From Nemertoderma westbladi (taxonomy: Eukaryota; Animalia; Xenacoelomorpha), in assembly GCA_032718475.1 (NCBI GenBank), contig JAUCBJ010006766.1:62001-126000 (forward strand): a stretch of 64,000 nt of DNA, given 5' to 3'. Below are positions 36,601 to 45,569 of the stretch, piece by piece. The translations under genes and the position numbers were made by a program. The notes beneath the pieces were generated by a model, which worked only from the letters and a program-made list of their open reading frames with translations, was not told the DNA's origin and did no database searches. Position 1 is the first letter of the stretch; each line of letters starts with the position of its first letter.

Positions 36601-39600
36601 TAATATATTGGTAAGATTAGATAAAGATTGAGATGAGTCCTTTAAAGTTTCAAGTAAGATAGAACATAGGAATATGAAAGTTAGAAGCATTGACTGCTTA
36701 CGTGTAAACGTCTCTATGGGCTACAAAGTGATATCTTTTATTTTAATGTTAAATATTTAAACTTGAAAGCTCATGTGACCATGTATCCGTAACATAAATA
36801 GATAATAATAAATATTGTTAGATATTATCTATACCTGTGAATTAGTACTGCAGCTGTCGGAGTTGGAGGGCGTGAAGGCGTCATTACAACTGGATACAGC
36901 CAACCACGATGTTGCGAAGGTATCGACAATGGTCTCTGTGTCACCGTTGCTGGTAGTGAAGTCGTTCTTCACATTGTAATCGTAGGTTCCACATAATCCA
37001 GTTACCTACAACAAAAATAATTTTGTTAATTTTTAATGTCTTTTCCAAAATAAAATATAGGGCCAATACTATACTATATTATATACTAATATATAATTTT
37101 AACAACACTTAGTGTTTTAGTCATTATACAATTAATTAAGGTGTAAAGGAAACTTTTAAATTAGTTGGTTTACATAATTTACTTTACAAATAAACCCACC
37201 CACCACTAAAATAATATTCGTACCAAATAATTTTACCATAAAGCCTGTATTATTTAATCCTTTCGCAAATAAAGTAAAACACTTTACATGCATAATAAAA
37301 ACCACGCCACCAAAGTTAACTTTAAGATACCAAATAATTATTTCCAACAAAATATGTAACGAAAATTATGTAAACGTGCTGTTATGCTACAACTCTTACA
37401 CCATATAAGTTGAGTAATTCAGAAACAATTTTTATAGAACTTTAACATTTTCCCCTACCTTGTCGTTATGATCTTGTCCGAGAGTAATGTAGATTCGGTT
37501 AACTTTATCGTAGAGAAGGCTGATGCCGGGAGCCCGGACATGGAAGAAGGTAGAGGAGGCTGATCGGACAGTCACCTCACCTTCCGTGAATGGGAAAGCA
37601 GTCACATCGCTACCACCTGTAAACCGAGATTTAAATAAAATAAATAGGCCTAACTCTTGTCTTTTTATTACTGTAAGTTTTGATATTTAAGTCTGTAAAA
37701 ACAATCGAATTTTAGTTGTATTACCAGTAATCACTTTGGGCATGGTTATCTCACGTGCATAGAGTTTGGTAGGCTACTAACCAATATTTACAACCGATCC
37801 TCGCAGTACGACACTAGTAGTGTTATACTGTAGAACAACAGCTTTGAGGCAGTTCGTTCGCATGTCACCTTCACAGTCGTACGACTGAATGCGTATCTCT
37901 AAGATATCATCCTCATGCTACAAATTGTAAAAAGAGTTCGTTAAAATCAATTTTATATCGAAACAATTATGTTGTACCATTGGTATGGCCCATGTGAAGT
38001 ATACCAGACTTTCTGCCGTTATTTTTCACTTTGCAGTTACCCCCATGTGAAGAATACCAGGTTTTCACCAAAACCACAGGTTACAGAAGGGCTGAATCTA
38101 ACCAAAACAATAAACAAATTAGTATATGTACAGGTTATAAGACAGAAATAAGCGATATAAAACATTTAATAAAGATAAATTAAAAAAAAATAAAAAATCT
38201 TCATATATAAAATTCCAATAAAAATTCGACCGAAAAGTTAAATCCTGGTATTCTTCACATGGGCGATTGGTCTCGCTATTTATGAATGCGTATCTCTAAG
38301 ATATCATCCTCATGCTACAAATTGTAAAAAGAGTTCGTTAAAATCAATTTTATATCGAAACAATTATGTTGTACCATTGGTATCGCTATTTATACACACA
38401 GTATGTAAACAAGGTCAATAATAAACTGTTAGTTTAAAAATAACTACCTCCATTAAACATTATAAAACTAACTTTGACTTACTGTACGCATTATCTTCAA
38501 GAACTATGTGAATTGCATAAACTTGTAAGTGTCTGATGAAAAGAAACAATTTAATTATTTATAATAAACAATGAAATGCTATCTTTGTTTATTAAATTTG
38601 AACGATATACATGCACAGCGCCTTTCGACTTTTGAATTTTGGCGATATTTTTCAATTCAATGACGTTTCAAAAGATTAAGGAGTCTTATAGGTTTTAGCT
38701 TAGGGATAACTAGTTTACAGCTTTAATCGCGTGTAATTTCTTAAAAGATTTACTAAATCTTTATAACTTACTGTTGCTAATACATATTCGCAAGTACCAA
38801 AGAAGTTGTAGAAGATACCGTCAAATGTAGCGAAATGTCCGTGTCCCAGAACACCACAGGTCGAATCGCACTTGTGTTGGGAGCACTGCCATTTAGCCCC
38901 CATACAGGTGCTGCAAAAGTAATACGATGTTTAAGTGATTGACGGGACATAAAGAGTAACAAATATGAGTATTACATATTGCATCCATATAAATAGACAT
39001 ACAAAGGCTAACTGTAACACCAGTAAGGAAGTAAAGCCCGCACCAATGTGTTATATAGGCCCGTTTCCGCGCTGCCGTTTTATGCACGATTTTCTGCCAT
39101 TTTTTAAACATTTTTTTCAAGATTTTTTTGACTCTTAAAGTCCTTGTACCCATCATGCATTAAGTAACACGTACCATGTGTTGCATCCTTGGCTTATTTT
39201 ATCGCCTTTCGTGAATTCTTCGTCCCTATAACGACAGGGACAATCGGCTCTCTCGACACAGAGACCGGTAGTGGGGTTCAGATACATGCCTTCAGCACAG
39301 AAGCAACCCGGTACAGTTTCGTCCAGACAGGAGCGTGGCAGCTCGGTATCGACGTAGGCGCAGGTCTTGTGGCAACGAGGACCGTAATCTGTGTATTCCA
39401 TTAGATCGCTTTCGCATCTCTTCTCTGCGTGAAATAAAATTAACATTTAATCATAGGAAATAAGGTATAAAATATACCTTATTAAAATAAATATCAACAG
39501 CATCAAAAAATTACCTAATCTCAAATGTCGATATATTTTTTTCATTAACGTCACCTCCCAGATTTTACATCTATAAAACGGTAATTGTTAAAATGCGATT

Positions 39601-42600
39601 CCACTTCCACATGTCCCGAACAAGGAAATCGCGATAGGGCAATACGTTTTATCACATTTTCTTTTAAAACCAGTGAATTGAGACGAATAAAGTAGGAAGA
39701 TGGGCGAATGGACTGTTTCTGCAAAATCTTAAAAAAACCTAGCCTTTATGGATAATATTTTTGCTTATAATCAACGGTGAAACATGAATCATAAAATTAT
39801 GAAAATCACTTTGGAATGGTTTTACTTACGACACATATTTGCTGTTCGCCATGTCAATCGAATATGATTCTCGGCGCATTGCAGTGCGTATCCCTCGAAG
39901 ACCGAGCACTTGGCTGCCGTTTGTTCTTCAGCATCCTGACTATCGGTCATGCACAAATCATACATACAGTCGTAAATGAAGGCGTTCGGGTTGACCTGCA
40001 AGGCATGGATGGATCGGTTTATACTACCGGTCACGGTATTGGCTGGCAGTTGTTGTGTAAATGTTTCATTGTCTTGTCTTCAGTTTATGTTTTACAGTAC
40101 CGGTAGGCGGTAAGCCTGTATCAATATTGGATTTATTCCCCGATATACCGGTAACTATTTGATCAACCGCACCAATTAGAAGCATAATAATTGATTAATC
40201 TCCTCCTCATATACTTCGTACCTCCCCCTCTCTCTCTCTCTCTAGTGTGTTCTCTGATATTCCCCGCGGTCCCGTCAGCTGCTAGAAGAGTTTTGCGACC
40301 GTTACTAACACGTCCGACATGGTGTGAATCCATAATGCAGGAGCAGGAACGAGTTAAACCAGCTATAAACTTATGCGTGAACCTGATCACACCTTTCTTT
40401 TTAAATTTCCCGCCCGTATGACGTTGCTTGTTACTTAGTGACAGTAGAAGTCAGCTGGTACTGGGTAGTGGGTAGTGGAAGCTTTATGAAGGTGCTTAAT
40501 TTATATATGTAATTTTATTCAGGATCGCTATCTTATGGAATCTGCGATTGATCTCCTTTTCTACAGTTTCAATTCAAGATGGAATGACTCTGTTAACTTT
40601 GTATCCTTTGACTTTCAGTGATATACTATAATTCATTCAATTTTTCTATCCCTCTATTTAGGTACGTTAAAGTTTAAAAATTTAAGATTTTTCTTAAACG
40701 GTAGGCGATAAATAGGATCCATGACAATAAATGTAATATATAATTTATTTCCCGGGAGAAAGCGGAATAAACAAGAGGGAGCAAGGAAAGTAAATAATTC
40801 AATTTAATAAAAAAAAAACGAATTCCACGAAAACAAACATCTTTAATTACCCTATGAGTTGTTGACATGATAAAACTGGTCTCCATCGGTTACCTCGCAC
40901 GACATATTATACATCACGCGGTCAGCGGGAAATAAAGCAAAAAAAAGTAAATTAAAAATTAAAAATTTGCAGTTAAAATTATTGCAACTTATTAATTTAA
41001 CTTACAACTTCGCTGCAACCACTGAAACTGGGACTGCTCTGCAGTAAATTACAGGTGCTGTAGGCCGCATTGCGGATTTCTCGATCCTCAACTTTGAGAC
41101 AGGTATGATCGCCGACGGCAATGTCCGCACAACTGGTCAGCTCGCTGTCCAGAACTTTCCAGGAGTTAGCGAACTGTTCAGCGTAGGAGACAATGTGCTG
41201 GTCTTTTCGCATAAAATCGTCCTCTATGTTATTCGTGTAGGTGCCGCAGAGACCTTTGAAGGAATTTTCAGAAGCATTATTGATAACGAATAATTAGGCG
41301 GCAAAGGCGCTACCCACAAAAATGCAATAACTAACTTAAATTCCTTGAGTAGGTAATCGCAGGACATTTAGTATTAGTAGCGTACTGATCCTATTGATGA
41401 TATACAATTACTAGTAGACTACACTACATGGATGTACAACTGTACAGTCGGTAGCCACCGTAAACATCTGCTGTTCGCTATCAGTTGTGTAAATCCCCGA
41501 ATTCATCCGCTTTATAATTTATCAATCGATTCAGGAATGTGGATGAGTGACCATCCAATTTCTTCTCACCAGTCCGCCGCCCTTACCAATTATCTCATTG
41601 ATCGAGCCAGTTGTTTCTGCAGGGTAGCACTAGGTTTTGGAAACAAGATGTTACAGAGGTTGTACAATGCCTTATTAATTTAAACTAATTTATTGAGAAG
41701 AATTTAATGTTTTTTAGGTCTAGCTGATAAATTCCTAATATTCATTTAGTATTACCTAGTGTTTTTCCCTCATTTTCTGCCATTGCTGTGACGTAGACGT
41801 TTCCACTTGCATCCCACTTAACTCTCACACCCAGATTCGTCTCAAGGTATACCCAATCTCCGAGAACCTCAACTTTTACCGTGCTAATTAGAAAACAAAT
41901 GTTCCAAATGTAAATTGGTGATAAATATTAATAAATTTATCGTTCAAACTCAGTAAACGGATACGATCACTGTATATTACCATTTAAAATTATATTCATT
42001 ATTAAGGTTTTTCATTAATGTTAACGTATTTTAACTGCTATAGATTGAATAATTATTCAATTTTTTTAAATTTAATTTAATGCTTAATATTTAATTCGTA
42101 AAAATACTTGCAATCTCTCGGATTTTCAAACGCATCACTGTGTAATCTTATAAACTGTTACATTATAAGACTTGAAGTAAATAGTTATTTATTATGTTTC
42201 TTCTCTCTAAAAGCCTGTTTGGTTGTTTCAACATACTTGACATTGATTCCGACGTTTCTGTCCATAGCCTCCCCATTTACTGTCACATCGAATCCGTTCG
42301 CAGTGACTACGATACTCGCGAATTTCATATCCAATGACTTCTGACAGTCGGTTTGAGATGTACATTGTGTGGTGTCGATTTTGATCTACAAACACAAGGC
42401 CAGTTAGATTGATACTAATTAATTACGATGTACTAATTGTCTTTAGTATTAGTTTTAATTAAGTTGTATTAAATAGTATTTTAAAATACTTTTATATTTT
42501 ACTATTATATTTCTTTGTAAGTAAGTAAGTTTATTTCTTCCGTGTATTTAATTTCGGCATGACTTACCTCCCAATTACCGTCGGAACTTTTCGCCAGCGT

Positions 42601-45569
42601 ATACCTGCAGCGACCCGGGAAGTTGTAGTTGTACCCGTCAAAGGTTCTGTAGTGGAATCTACCGTAGTTGATGCAGGTAGCTAACTTCCGGTCGGGGTCG
42701 GGATCGTTGTAAGATACTTCCAACGACTTCAGAATGTTATTGAATTCCCGATATTCGTCTGAAATAATGTGGTTGTCATCATTTATTATTGTAAGAATTA
42801 CGCTCTTTAGGTTTAACAAATAAATGTTTCCTATATTAGATATTTAAATATATTTATTTATTTATTTATATTCGTACATGGCAAATCAAATATATATATA
42901 TATATATGAATAATGCACAGTACACCAATAATGATATATAAGATGATATATATAATGATATATATGACAATATATGCTTAAGAAATATGACATGAAGCCT
43001 GACGTATGGCGGTAATATTTCTTGTTAGCGAGCTGTTATAATTATACTAACTTCTGAAAGTCTGTGTGTCGAATAGGCCTATATAACTAGCCATAGTATA
43101 ATTATTATAATCGTTCGCAAAGATGGCTTACAGCTTTTGCTGCACGAAGGCCCCACTCGTGTTATTATTCCATAAAGATATTAAAAAAATAAGATAAATA
43201 AAGACTGTGAAGAAGAATCGTAAACCGTAGTCATCCATCTTTCTGTTTATAATAGCAGTATTAATGATGTTAAATAATCTTACCTGCTCTTCTTTGGGCC
43301 TCTGCCTCTTCGATGTTAACATCGCAGTTGGGCCCTTGCCATCCCCGACAACATTCGTTCGCCACGGATGCATCTACATTTCTGTAAATAAACAAACATG
43401 TTTCACCATCAGAATGTTTAATTAAGTAATTAACCTATCCAACATGCTTTGATTGGAATTTTAATTGTATTAATACCGACAAACGATGCGCAAAACCATA
43501 TTAATGTTCTTGCGTTACTTTTTCTTACCTTACGAATTGACAAAACGAGCCAATGCCGCCATCATCTAATGTCCACCCTAAGGCGACGAATGTGTTGATG
43601 TTATCCTGGCTACAACTTTGAAGAGTAATTGATTCACAGAAGTGTGAACCCGGTTCTATAATACTAAAATATAAGATACAGCATAATTACGATTACATAA
43701 TATTATCATTCATAATGTTTTTACAAAAAATAAGTCGCAATATAGAAAATTGCATAAAGTAGAACTTGCTTAGGGTTTTGAGCACGAGATTTGATTTTTC
43801 TAGAGCGAAGCGAGGGTAAGGAAACATTGTAGTTAGACGAACTACTCTCAGGAGCAGATCAAGAGAATCTTAGTTTGCGTGCCACCGTATCCGTAAATAC
43901 ACATACACGACCCCATCTCGGCGAATTAATATTTCGTCTCAATGGAAAAATTCTCAATTTAGGGAAAGGAGCAGGTTTCAGTGGTACGTTATTTTTACCA
44001 AATCAAAATACGAAAGTCAATAGAACAGGTTACAGATTATTTTTGAGAGTAATCAGCTCATAATTTTCCCCTGGAGGCGTTTTTTCACCTAACGTTCCCC
44101 CTACCTGCATGAAACACATGGTTTGTTCAACTAAGCGCATGAAGCACTCAGTGCAGTTGTTCTCATGTCGTACGCCATGCCCACATTCAGTAACCGTTAC
44201 ATTATTTCCTAGAGAGGACCAGCCGAGAGAGTAAAACACCAAATAGCATCTGTTTTACTGCTGGAGTTACATTTATTATAATTTATTTATTATTTATTCC
44301 TCAATAATATAGATATTAATAACATTACATATTATAAGCAGAGTTGACTCCGCTGGGTGGTAGGGGGCGGTCGAGACTATAGCGCAGCTAGTGTAGCACG
44401 GCGCGCCCTATTGCAGTGGAGGAAGTAGGACAAGAGATTGTAAGTTTTGCGGGTGGTCAGTGACGCTCTGATTGAAAAGTTTAAGATACTTGAAATAGTT
44501 TGTGATCTCAAAAAAATTACGTAAGTTAACATCATAACACCGAAACTTTAGCGCTGCGTGACAATTAACGATTATTGTAAGACACACAATGTACAATGAA
44601 GTAATTGAGCAGCACTAGATCACTGTTGAGCGTTTCTCAAAGTGAGCTCTTCCACCAGCAGCCAGGCGATAGAGATTTCGGTATTACTTTGGCAGTTGGC
44701 TGGCTCATTCTTACTTGCCACACCGCAACAGATTTCCTACTTGAAATAGCCGCATTGACAACATCATTGTGCAAACCTGCAAGAATGATTGTAGGAGTAT
44801 TGTCGACTTAGCAATTTGATTTCCTCAGCCTGTACAACTAACTATTCAGTGATTACACCATCTTTATTTTATTGAGTGACTACTTTTTCCTCTCTTCCTT
44901 GGTAGTATAGGTACCATATCACTGAACCCATCACTCAAAATATTCAGAAACTTTCTGTACCTCTTACAGTGATGAATTTGTTCACCTACCAGTCCTTGGT
45001 ACCTCATGAAAACCCTAATATATAATTTTTCCCTCGACACTCGGGTATTCGCCAGACAAGGAGAAGTTTGAGTAGTTCTAACTGAGACTGAGTTTAATTC
45101 TGCACACAACGAAATACGAAGATACTTCTTCCGGAATAGGACATGATCGATATGTAACTGCTGGTCAATTGGACTCGGGACTGCGTTGGTATACCATTTC
45201 CCTGGTCTCGGGTACCGAGCGCATTTCGCAAAACAGTTCATTAGTAAACAATAATGTGAATTTTGTTTCACATGGTTTATGTACACCCAAGGCACACATC
45301 AAGAAATTGAAATGGCAAGAAACACATATTGTTCAACTCCACTTACATATTGTAATTGTTGTAGGCTACTGAACTATGTTTTGTTTGATCGCTTTTAATG
45401 TATCTTTCAACTTGTATATATTTTTTCCAAGTTTTACATGTCGTTCGTTATATTTACTGGTTAGTTAAAAATAAATTAATTAAACAATAATAAAAGCTTA
45501 CTTTTCCTGTGCAGTAACAGCTCCGATCGCAATGAGGAAAGCTAGTACTTTCCGGAAATCCGCACCCAT
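602..45569 (-). CDS. Giant secreted SCO-spondin-like / gel-forming-mucin-like vWD protein (38 coding exons visible, continues off the window start)
   Basis: Hand-joined GT-AG exons with consistent phases: 45569-45502, 43663-43529, 43381-43284, 42758-42568, 42385-42237, 41883-41756, 41253-41006, 39995-39830, 39424-39175, 38910-38772, 37917-37782, 37616-37459, 37005-36835, 36569-36439, 32192-32086, 29745-29603, 29449-29340, 29082-28893, 28372-28186, 28041-27899, 26342-26183, 25801-25653, 25455-25265, 24950-24809, 24679-24562, 24137-23904, 22773-22657, 21714-21515, 21108-20957, 19220-19066, 18335-18179, 17788-17623, 17458-17302, 17180-15864, 11406-11270, 8979-8832, 7140-7008, 722-602 (7002 nt). 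Signal peptide MGADFRKVLAFLIAIGAVTAQ; EMI-like ECCRGWQGPNC; vWD motifs [24 protein letters not shown] each with GLCG; C8 and TIL cysteine patterns; LDLa motifs CDGSYDCWDYSDE and CDGHDDCGDGSDE. Confidence 0.9.
1031..1110 (+). mobile_element. Degenerate tRNA-derived SINE head
   Basis: A-box-like TAGCTCAGTGGT and decayed B-box GGTTTAATAACC; no intact cloverleaf. Confidence 0.35.
2411..6508 (+). CDS. GH3-family (GHDC-like) acyl-adenylate-forming ligase, intronless, nested antisense in the vWD gene intron, interrupted by a transposon (possibly a pseudogene)
   Basis: GH3 motifs TSGTSGVNKHFP, IYACSE, FLEFIP, YEVVIT..GLVRYRMFD, QFKMPR; hydrophobic N-terminus. Removing 3346-5508 (element plus one TSD) joins 2411-3345 and 5509-6508 into a single 1935-nt ORF (644 aa) reading ...GQLSSSLDISDEM... 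Confidence 0.85.
3346..5500. mobile_element. Non-autonomous hAT-type DNA transposon (2155 bp) with nested MITE fragments
   Basis: 8-bp TSD CTAAGTTC at 3338-3345 and 5501-5508; imperfect 16-bp TIRs CAGCCGCGTAGCCAGG vs CACTAGCGTAGCGAGG (reverse complement of right end); shared subterminal motif CCACGGTAGGGTCCC at both ends; no transposase ORF. Confidence 0.85.
6536..7060 (-). repeat. 64-bp tandem array, 8 copies, spanning the exon 37 splice donor
   Basis: CTCAC (GTGAG donor on minus) at 6554, 6618, 6683, 6747, 6811, 6875, 6939, 7003; unit = 53 nt exon end + 11 nt intron start. Confidence 0.92.
7558..8552. mobile_element. ~1-kb non-autonomous TIR element
   Basis: ~130-bp degenerate inverted termini (TAGGCGAGTCAATCTAGC...ATGCGGATCA vs TGATCCGCA...GCTAGATTGACTCGACTA); no TSD recognised. 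Confidence 0.65.
9535..11230. repeat. Dispersed duplicated segment (9535-9890 and 11005-11230), probably TE-derived
   Basis: Both copies share CCCAAAGAAACTTTAGTCGGGGAGACC...AGAATCAATTATTCGACTATTGTTTTGATGGTGTG...AAAATCAGTTTCCATGGGAATTTAT. Confidence 0.6.
11549..15180 (+). mobile_element. tRNA-derived SINE-like element expanded by an internal minisatellite
   Basis: Pol III B-box GGTTCGAGCCC at 11595-11605 with a degenerate A-box upstream; body continues after the array as a structured GC-rich tail (15115-15172). Confidence 0.5.
11683..15115. repeat. 36-bp minisatellite, ~95 copies
   Basis: Unit GAGTAGCGCCCACCCCTACCTTCGGGTAGCAGATAG with point variants and a few indels; contains hairpin CTACC-TTCG-GGTAG. 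Confidence 0.95.
15864..17180 (-). CDS. Exon 34: Pro/Thr-rich mucin-like domain (GTPPP)x73 plus start of a Cys/discoidin-like module
   Basis: 1317-nt exon with acceptor at 17181-17182 and donor at 15859-15863, in phase with flanking exons; 15-bp coding repeat ~16061-17160 whose variation is synonymous. Confidence 0.88.
18385..18637. repeat. 45-bp G-rich minisatellite, ~6 copies (two shortened)
   Basis: Unit CTCGTACGAGACCGGGTGATGGGGGATGGGGGAGGTTCAATCCAG; intronic, ~50 nt from the exon 31 acceptor. Confidence 0.9.
18775..19051 (-). mobile_element. ~280-bp interspersed MITE/Helentron-like element (family copy)
   Basis: Subterminal inverted repeats poly-G-AACT(G/A)GACGCAA / TTGCGTCCAGT-poly-C; body matches 22013-22288 in the opposite orientation; other copies at ~3575-3712, 21290-21480, 43905-44103, 47221-47435. 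Confidence 0.7.
19066..24137 (-). CDS. Exons 26-30: vWC-like segment plus LDL-receptor class A repeats
   Basis: CDGFIDCALGVDEANC, CDGSYDCWDYSDEYDC, CDGIPDC...DED, CDGHDDCGDGSDE, CDGVCQCESCIDE. Confidence 0.8.
19513..19808. repeat. 48-bp array: 6 copies of a 40-bp palindrome separated and flanked by 8-bp ACTGTGTA
   Basis: CAAGGCGTTCTAGAACTAC-TT-GTAGTTATAGAACGCCTTG (19-bp arms, 1 mismatch); ACTGTGTA occurs 7 times, as expected for a TSD. Confidence 0.92.
19832..20442. mobile_element. MITE with ~33-bp TIRs and inverted subterminal AAGTTCRTCAAGT repeats
   Basis: AAACGCCATTTCCGCTGGCACAAGTTCGTCAAG vs reverse complement of CTTGATGAACTTGTGCCAGCGAAAATGACGTTTT. Confidence 0.7.
20512..20776. mobile_element. 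Tc1/mariner-type foldback MITE (near-perfect 265-bp palindrome)
   Basis: TA|CAGTTTACCGTCACCG...CGGTGACGGTAAACTG|TA; ~130-bp arms meeting near 20644 with almost no loop; TA TSD. Confidence 0.8.
22013..22288 (+). mobile_element. ~280-bp interspersed MITE/Helentron-like element (family copy)
   Basis: CTTGTT..CAGATA-polyG-AACTGGACGCAA...TTGCGTCCAGTT-polyC..CTTGTT; same body as 18775-19051. Confidence 0.7.
22457..22517. mobile_element. 61-bp palindromic mini-element, P-element-like ends
   Basis: CAAGGACTTCTAG...CTAGAAGTCCTTG palindrome flanked by 7-bp direct repeat GTCAAAC (22450-22456, 22518-22524). Confidence 0.7.
24562..28372 (-). CDS. Exons 19-25: vWD3-C8-TIL
   Basis: [27 protein letters not shown]...CGTTEVTCTK...VLWDG...VGGLCGHYDGDADNDF...FGESWK...CDKGGDCECPCTIIAAYAEEC...CGPACPQTC. 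Confidence 0.85.
26453..26487. mobile_element. 35-bp palindromic mini-element, P-element-like ends
   Basis: CATGACCTA...TAGGTCATG flanked by 7-bp direct repeat GTCTGAC (26446-26452, 26488-26494). Confidence 0.65.
26622..27944 (-). repeat. 63-bp tandem array, 21 copies, spanning the exon 20 splice donor
   Basis: GTGAG donors every 63 nt from 27894 to 26634; unit = 46 nt exon end (CGTTEVTCTKSLIIQ) + 17 nt intron start. Confidence 0.95.
28893..38910 (-). CDS. Exons 10-18: vWD2-C8-TIL-TIL
   Basis: [28 protein letters not shown]...HEDDILEIRIQSYDC...VTGLCGTYDYNVKNDF...CLWDMC...YCTAMSAYSHEC...FKECSEPCGLTC...GCTCPDG. Confidence 0.85.
29727..32078 (-). repeat. 49-bp tandem array, 48 copies, spanning the exon 16 splice acceptor
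   Basis: GGTACGCTGCAG every 49 nt from 29727 to 32030; minus-strand unit = ~30 nt intron end (..TTTATTACAG) + 19 nt exon start. Confidence 0.95.
32518..36460 (-). repeat. 29-bp tandem array, ~136 copies, spanning the exon 14 splice donor
   Basis: Unit AAACTTACCCATTTCCTTCCGCTGCACAC = minus-strand GTGTGCAGCGGAAGGAAATGG|GTAAGTTT; real donor at 36434-36438. Confidence 0.95.
37886..38392 (-). repeat. 110-bp tandem duplication spanning the exon 11 acceptor; one copy interrupted by a 277-bp MITE (37988-38264)
   Basis: 37886-37987 matches 38283-38384; MITE TIR GCCCATGTGAAG(T/A)ATACCAG / CTGGTATTCTTCACATGGGC with degenerate 9-10-bp TSD (cattggtatg / gattggtctc). Confidence 0.8.
39175..42758 (-). CDS. 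Exons 4-9 of the vWD gene: vWD1-C8-TIL assembly
   Basis: ATCINYGRFHYRTFDGYNYNFPGRCRYTL...VKWDASGNVYV...GLCGTYTNNIEDDF...FANSWK...CMYDLC...YALQC...WR; TIL CHKTC...PGCFCAEG. Confidence 0.85.

Noticed and set aside
38482-38532. Candidate small exon with AG/GTAAG ends
   Set aside because: Stop codon in the required phase; exon 10 joins exon 11 (YVLAT|HEDDILEI) cleanly without it.
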